From the human T2T-CHM13v2.0 reference genome, Homo sapiens, in NCBI RefSeq assembly GCF_009914755.1, contig NC_060925.1: DNA of 64,000 nucleotides; one strand, 5' to 3'. The notes beneath the pieces were generated by a model that searched no databases, was not told where the DNA came from, and worked only from the letters and a program-made list of their open reading frames with translations. Numbering within the stretch: position 1 is the stretch's first letter; each line of letters begins with the position of its first letter. Both the position numbers and the translations under genes were made by a program. Shown piece after piece: positions 58,018-64,000 of this stretch.

Positions 58018-59608
58018 CAATTATCTGGCTCACTGGCTGCCAGATGCTTGTCACTGCCCCTCTGGCCCTTGGGCTGGGTTCCTGGCTCTACCTGTGGACT
58101 ATTAAGTGTAATGACCCTGTCACGCAGAGGAGCCTGTCATTATCTCCATGTTAACATGGTATTTATCCACAAAACCCTGCCAAGTCACTCTGTAATTGAA
58201 GGGCCTCCATGTGGTCCCCCTGCCCTGGCTTGGATGGACAACCATGAAGGTTGTCAGGGCAGGGGTGGCTTTAAAAGGCTGAGAAGGTGGGCTGGGGTCA
58301 TCCTGGGAGGCTAGGGAGGGATGCTGTAACTAAGTCTTCCCCCAACCTATTGCCAAACCCCAGGACCCCAGAAACAGGATCCAAGAGGCATTAAGACACC
58401 CCCAAATCAGTCACATTTCCACATGAGGCTAAGTCGTTGACTACTGAGTAAAATGAAAGCCAACTTTAAAATTTTGGAAGCTCTTCGATGATAAGCGATC
58501 TCATTACGTAACAGGGAGTACAACTTTCTAGAAGTACCCTGTAGTTCTTACTCTCTACTTCCCAGTCACTCTGTACTATCTCCCTCAAAACTCCAATGCT
58601 CACCTCTTTCCCCGGGGCTCCCCTGCCTTTGGGGCTCTTTTCTATTTGTCACAGGCAATTCTAAATCTTTTCTGATGAAAATAAAAGTTGCCCTCGGCCT
58701 CTTCCATTTCTCTTGCTTCTCTTGCCCTGTCATCTCCACAAAAGGCACGGACACAGAAGTTTCCTTAAAAGAGTTGATGGAGTGAAGCTGTGGTCACTTA
58801 TGGGTCAATATTTTGCCCCTGGTGCCTAAGCAGTGCTGTTCTGAGCATCCTTATGCTTATCCTTACACATTCCTAGACTTGGAGTGCCTGGGTATGAATC
58901 TTTTAATTTGAAAAGATGTTATCAAATAGTTTCTAAAGGGTTGTACACATTTAAATTCCCACTAATAATTTATCAGGATGCTTGTTTTCCCACATTCTTG
59001 CCAACTTGGGTTGCTACCCCTTTTAAAAATTACCTTTATAATTTTCTGATTATACATGTGATATATGCTCATTGCAAAAAAAAAAATTGGAAAGTACAGA
59101 AAAGTGTAAGAGAAAATAGCTGTTGTGCCTTCACCCAAAGAGAAGAAACACTCCCCATTTCTATAGAGGATAACAGCAAAGACCACGGATGGAGACCACA
59201 GTGGTCACCTGAGGAACCTTCTGGAATCCCTAGTGCTGGTTATAAGATGTTAACGATCACCCACTTCCCCCCTTCCTCCACTCCTCTGATGTCTCCAAAG
59301 GCTTGAGATGCTTTCTTCAGTTGGCAGGGTCTATTCTGAGGGAGATGGTTCCAGGTATCTGCACCCCTGAAGTATGTCTCCCCCCTCAGAACAGTTCTGC
59401 AGCCAGGAAGATTCCACGCCTGAGGATTTGTGGAATAGGATTGGAGCATGAACATTCCAAAATGTGTTTCCAGACATTGGCCGCTGGATCCAACAGATTG
59501 GAAAACCCATCTCCCTGGCTAAGCCCAGAGCCAAGTTTCCATTTCTCAGGGACCCTGACATGCCCCATTAAGCCTTTGCTCTAATGACTGCTCTGCTTTC
59601 TGTTCCAG

Positions 59609-59677
59609 AGACCTGAATTATAACAAGCTGCAGGAGTTCCCTGTGGCCATCCGGACCCTGGGCAGACTGCAGGAACT
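59609..59677 (+). CDS. LGR6: LGR6 internal coding exon (probably exon 7), 69 nt, 23-aa LRR
   Basis: Acceptor ctttctgttccAG|A, donor CT|GTAAGC. Encodes [22 protein letters not shown](L), in frame with the flanking exons. Confidence 0.96.
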
Positions 59678-60621
59678 GTAAGCGCCTCTTTTGGTTTCTG
59701 TGGGTGTCCTTCTGTCCCAAGGGCAGGGGCTGAAGCCAGCCTGAGCTGCCTCATGCTCTTACCTCCTCACCTCCCATGGTCCTTATAAAAGATGTAGCTG
59801 TCCCCCACCCTCCCGCCCCGGCTCCCCAAGCCCCAGTGCAGCTCTAAGTAGTCCCAGGCCTCATTAGCTTGGTTTCGGGCACTTCCTGGGGGTGTGTCAA
59901 TAGCAGAAATGGCCCTGGGGCCTTCCAGCCTGGGAAAACCCATGGCACAAGCCACCTACTATTAGCCTGGGCCTGGCACTGCCCTTGCCTTGGTTGGGAT
60001 GTGTCCAGAGAAGAATGAGGAAAGGAACTGAGAACTGGTTTATAGGATCACTCCTCAGCACCTTGTCCCCAGGGGTACTGAGAAGTTGTCTCTGGTTCCC
60101 CAAAGCCACCATTTATTATTTTATTTCAGCATTCGCTGAGCACCCAATGTACCCTGCACTGTGTTTAGTGATAAACACAAACAAAGGGTCAGATTGACAT
60201 GGCCCTCCCCAAGCATCCTTCAGCCTCATTGAAGACACAAAGTAACATAGGTAAAACAGGGAGCAGGACAAAATGGTATATAACTCCAACCATAACTTGC
60301 AGAGTATTAGCTAAAACAGCGGTGGGAGTCCAGAGTAATGTGGAAAGATCATTGTGGACAAATCCTGAGATGAGCCTTAAGGGATGACCGGGATTGAGGC
60401 GACAGTGGTGGGGAAGGGGAGAGGCATTTCAGAGGAAGAAATTGTAGGTAAAGACCCAGGTAGGAAGTTGAGCTGGCAGAGGGATGAGCACAGGTGGGAA
60501 GCAGCTTTACTGGAGGGAAGCTCTCAGGAAACAATAAGAGCTCTATCGTACAGCTAGAGTGGGACCAGATTAAGAGTCCTGGAGACTCATAAACAGAGCC
60601 CCAAATTTTCAGGCAGCTTAG

Positions 60622-60922
<301 letters not shown>

Positions 60923-61066
60923 AGCTTAGTATCTTTATAGCTCAAACCACCCCCACCACCTGAGACCTATAGTACTAGCCCCATGCCACCTCCCTTGCCT
61001 CATCCAGAAGTTTGAAGGTGTGAATGCCAGATGTAGGCAGCACATAGGGGACAACTGGACCACCTA

Positions 61067-61480
<414 letters not shown>

Positions 61481-62473
61481 CTATCAAGAGGGCATGGAGG
61501 GAGCAGGATGTGCAAAAGCATTGAGCCGGGAAATAATAAAACATTAGGGAAGAGCGAGGAGACCTAAGTTAGCAGGGACAAAAATATATGGGAGGGGGTG
61601 TACCTGTCTATCTCCATCTCTCTCTCTCTCATCTATTGAGAGAAAGCTGCTTGAGGACAGGGCCCCTGTCTTAGAAACTTCTAAATCCCTCAGAGCTTGG
61701 CCCAACATTAGACACAAAGATGGTGTTTAAGAAAAACATAATGAGCAGATGAGAGGAATAAATTAATGAACAAACAGGCCTGGGTGGGTGGCACTGGCTG
61801 GAGGTGTCTGAGCGTGAAGCTGTGAGTGAGACAGCATGAAGGTGGAAGTCACGATGGGGATGGCAGGAGGAAGACAGAGGTGAGCAGAGTCCAGGGGGAC
61901 AGAGAAGCCAGAAACTTCCAAAGAAAAAGAGAGGGAAGGAAAGGGGCCTGCTCCGCACAGGTTATGTACTTTTCAGTCCAACATGTTATTTATTTTGAAA
62001 TGTTTTTCCCAACTAACCAAACACATAATTCTGGCTTCCAGACTCCCAGACTCTCAGCTGGGTGCCTCAGTCCTCATTTTCCCATAGTGCCATCCACAGT
62101 CATTCAGCGGCCCATTCCGCACCTTATCCCCCTGGCTGCGTGCTGTTGACACTTCTGTTTCTTTATTTTAGGGCCTTGAGGCCAAGCCAGCCTCCATTTG
62201 AGGAACATCCCTCACTTGGGATCCCCTGGAAGCTGTGTCTTTTCTGTATCTTCCTTTTCCTCTCACACACCCTTGGCTTCCTCTGTGGGGACCCACCAGG
62301 GCTCTCACGACAAATGACTAAGGAGAGGATTCCCTTCCTGGGGTCTGAACTCAGCCTCTTGCTCTTGAGTTGCTCCCACAGGCTTCCTGAGGCCTGCAGC
62401 CATGTCTCCACCCCTCACTCTTTTTACACTTGTTAGGGAAAAGAGGGTGTGTAATTGAACAGGAAGAAAAATC

Positions 62474-62785
62474 AGCTGGGTGCAGTGGCTCACACCTGTA
62501 ATCCCAACACTTTGGGAGGCTGAGACAGGAGGATCACTTTAGCCCAGGAGTTCTAGACTAGCCTGGGCAACAAAGTGAGATCTTGTCTCTACAAAAAAAT
62601 CAAAAAATTAGCCAGGTGCAGTGGCACATGCCTGTAGTCCCAGCTATGTAGGAGGCTGAGGCAGGAGAATCGCTTGAGCCCAGGAAGTCGAGGCTGCACT
62701 GCGGTGAGCCAAGATCGCATCATTGTACTCCAGCCTGGGTAACAGAGACCCTGTCTCAGAAAAAAAAAAAAAAAAGAAAGAAAGA
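62474..62785 (+). mobile_element. Alu (AluJ-like)
   Basis: AluJ-like left arm; TSD aagaaaaatca. Confidence 0.9.
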
Positions 62786-62950
62786 AAAATCACAGGCAGT
62801 ATTTGAATCTGAACCTGGAATCTCCAGGCCAATGCCTCTTTTGTCTTATGGACTGTCTAGCTTGCTGTCCAAAAGCCCTGTGGAATTCCATGCCTCTCCC
62901 TCTCTATACCTTTCTCCAAATCCTCACTGGTTCCTGGTGTTGTCTTCCAG

Positions 62951-63022
62951 GGGGTTCCATAACAACAACATCAAGGCCATCCCAGAAAAGGCCTTCATGG
63001 GGAACCCTCTGCTACAGACGAT
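62951..63022 (+). CDS. LGR6: LGR6 internal coding exon (probably exon 8), 72 nt, one LRR
   Basis: Acceptor ttgtcttccAG|G, donor AT|GTGAGT. Encodes [23 protein letters not shown](I). Confidence 0.97.
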
Positions 63023-63265
63023 GTGAGTACTACTTTCTCTGGTCTCTTAATGCCGAACAGTGTTTCAGGGAGGAGGACAGAGGATGGGAAGGCAGGAGGG
63101 ACTTCCCTAGGAAGCACCAGGGAGGCAGAAGTATGGGAGGGGTTGCCTTTCCCTGCATGTTCTTTCCTGGGTCTACATTGATAGGAGAAGAAAGCAGAGA
63201 TTGGCCTTAATCCCAGCAGAAAGGCCTGAAAAACCCAATTAGGTGTTTGGACCTTCTTCTTCCAG

Positions 63266-63337
63266 ACACTTTTATGATAACCCAATCCAGTTTGTGGGAA
63301 GATCGGCATTCCAGTACCTGCCTAAACTCCACACACT
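63266..63337 (+). CDS. LGR6: LGR6 internal coding exon (probably exon 9), 72 nt, one LRR
   Basis: Acceptor cttcttcttccAG|A, donor CT|GTAAGT. Encodes [23 protein letters not shown](L). Confidence 0.97.
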
Positions 63338-63598
63338 GTAAGTTGGCTCCTGAAGGCTGCTGCAGCCTGAACTTCCCCCTTTCCTCACTCCTTCTTGCTC
63401 TCTCCTGCCTATCGCCTGCGGATCTCTCCCTTGCAAGGCACAAGTCCACTGCAAAGCGTGGTCTTCAAGGCTGCAGGCCTCTGCTTTGCTCAGACCCGTT
63501 CCCACCTCTTTCTAAATTTAATAGCCTCCCTCCACCTCCCTGAACTGTGGCTTCTTCCCAGGTCTCAAAGGGACAAGGAAGGTCCATCTCCATAGTCA

Positions 63599-64000
<402 letters not shown>

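Noticed and set aside
63023-63265. 243-nt intron (a multiple of 3) as a possible in-frame retained intron
   Set aside because: Retention gives ATG-TGA immediately, so there is no in-frame read-through.

Overview
This is human genomic DNA (primate Alu/L1PA content, including a near-consensus AluYa5) from inside the LGR6 gene (R-spondin receptor, LRR-containing GPCR), which runs on the + strand. The window starts in the very large intron upstream of the 216-nt LRR exon. It contains five internal coding exons: 38421-38636, 42896-42967, 59609-59677, 62951-63022 and 63266-63337, probably exons 5-9. They splice in frame to [167 protein letters not shown]. More than 99% of the window is intronic: about 24 Alus, old and young L1, L2/MIR, MLT1 LTRs, a CpG-rich ERV solo LTR with TSD, hAT DNA-transposon fossils and simple repeats. 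Almost all listed ORFs are spurious. I see no new protein-coding system. The best candidates for undescribed biology are regulatory: a clustered TCF/LEF + helper-site element (~26.9-27.2 kb, possible Wnt feedback enhancer), a perfect ChoRE-type double E-box next to a CCAAT box (~45.8 kb), and two related homeodomain-site clusters (~39.1 and ~57.9 kb). There are also several recent structural events: a nested AluYa5, a perfect 89-bp duplication and a 61-bp dispersed copy. Repeat subfamily names come from recalled consensus sequences and need RepeatMasker confirmation.
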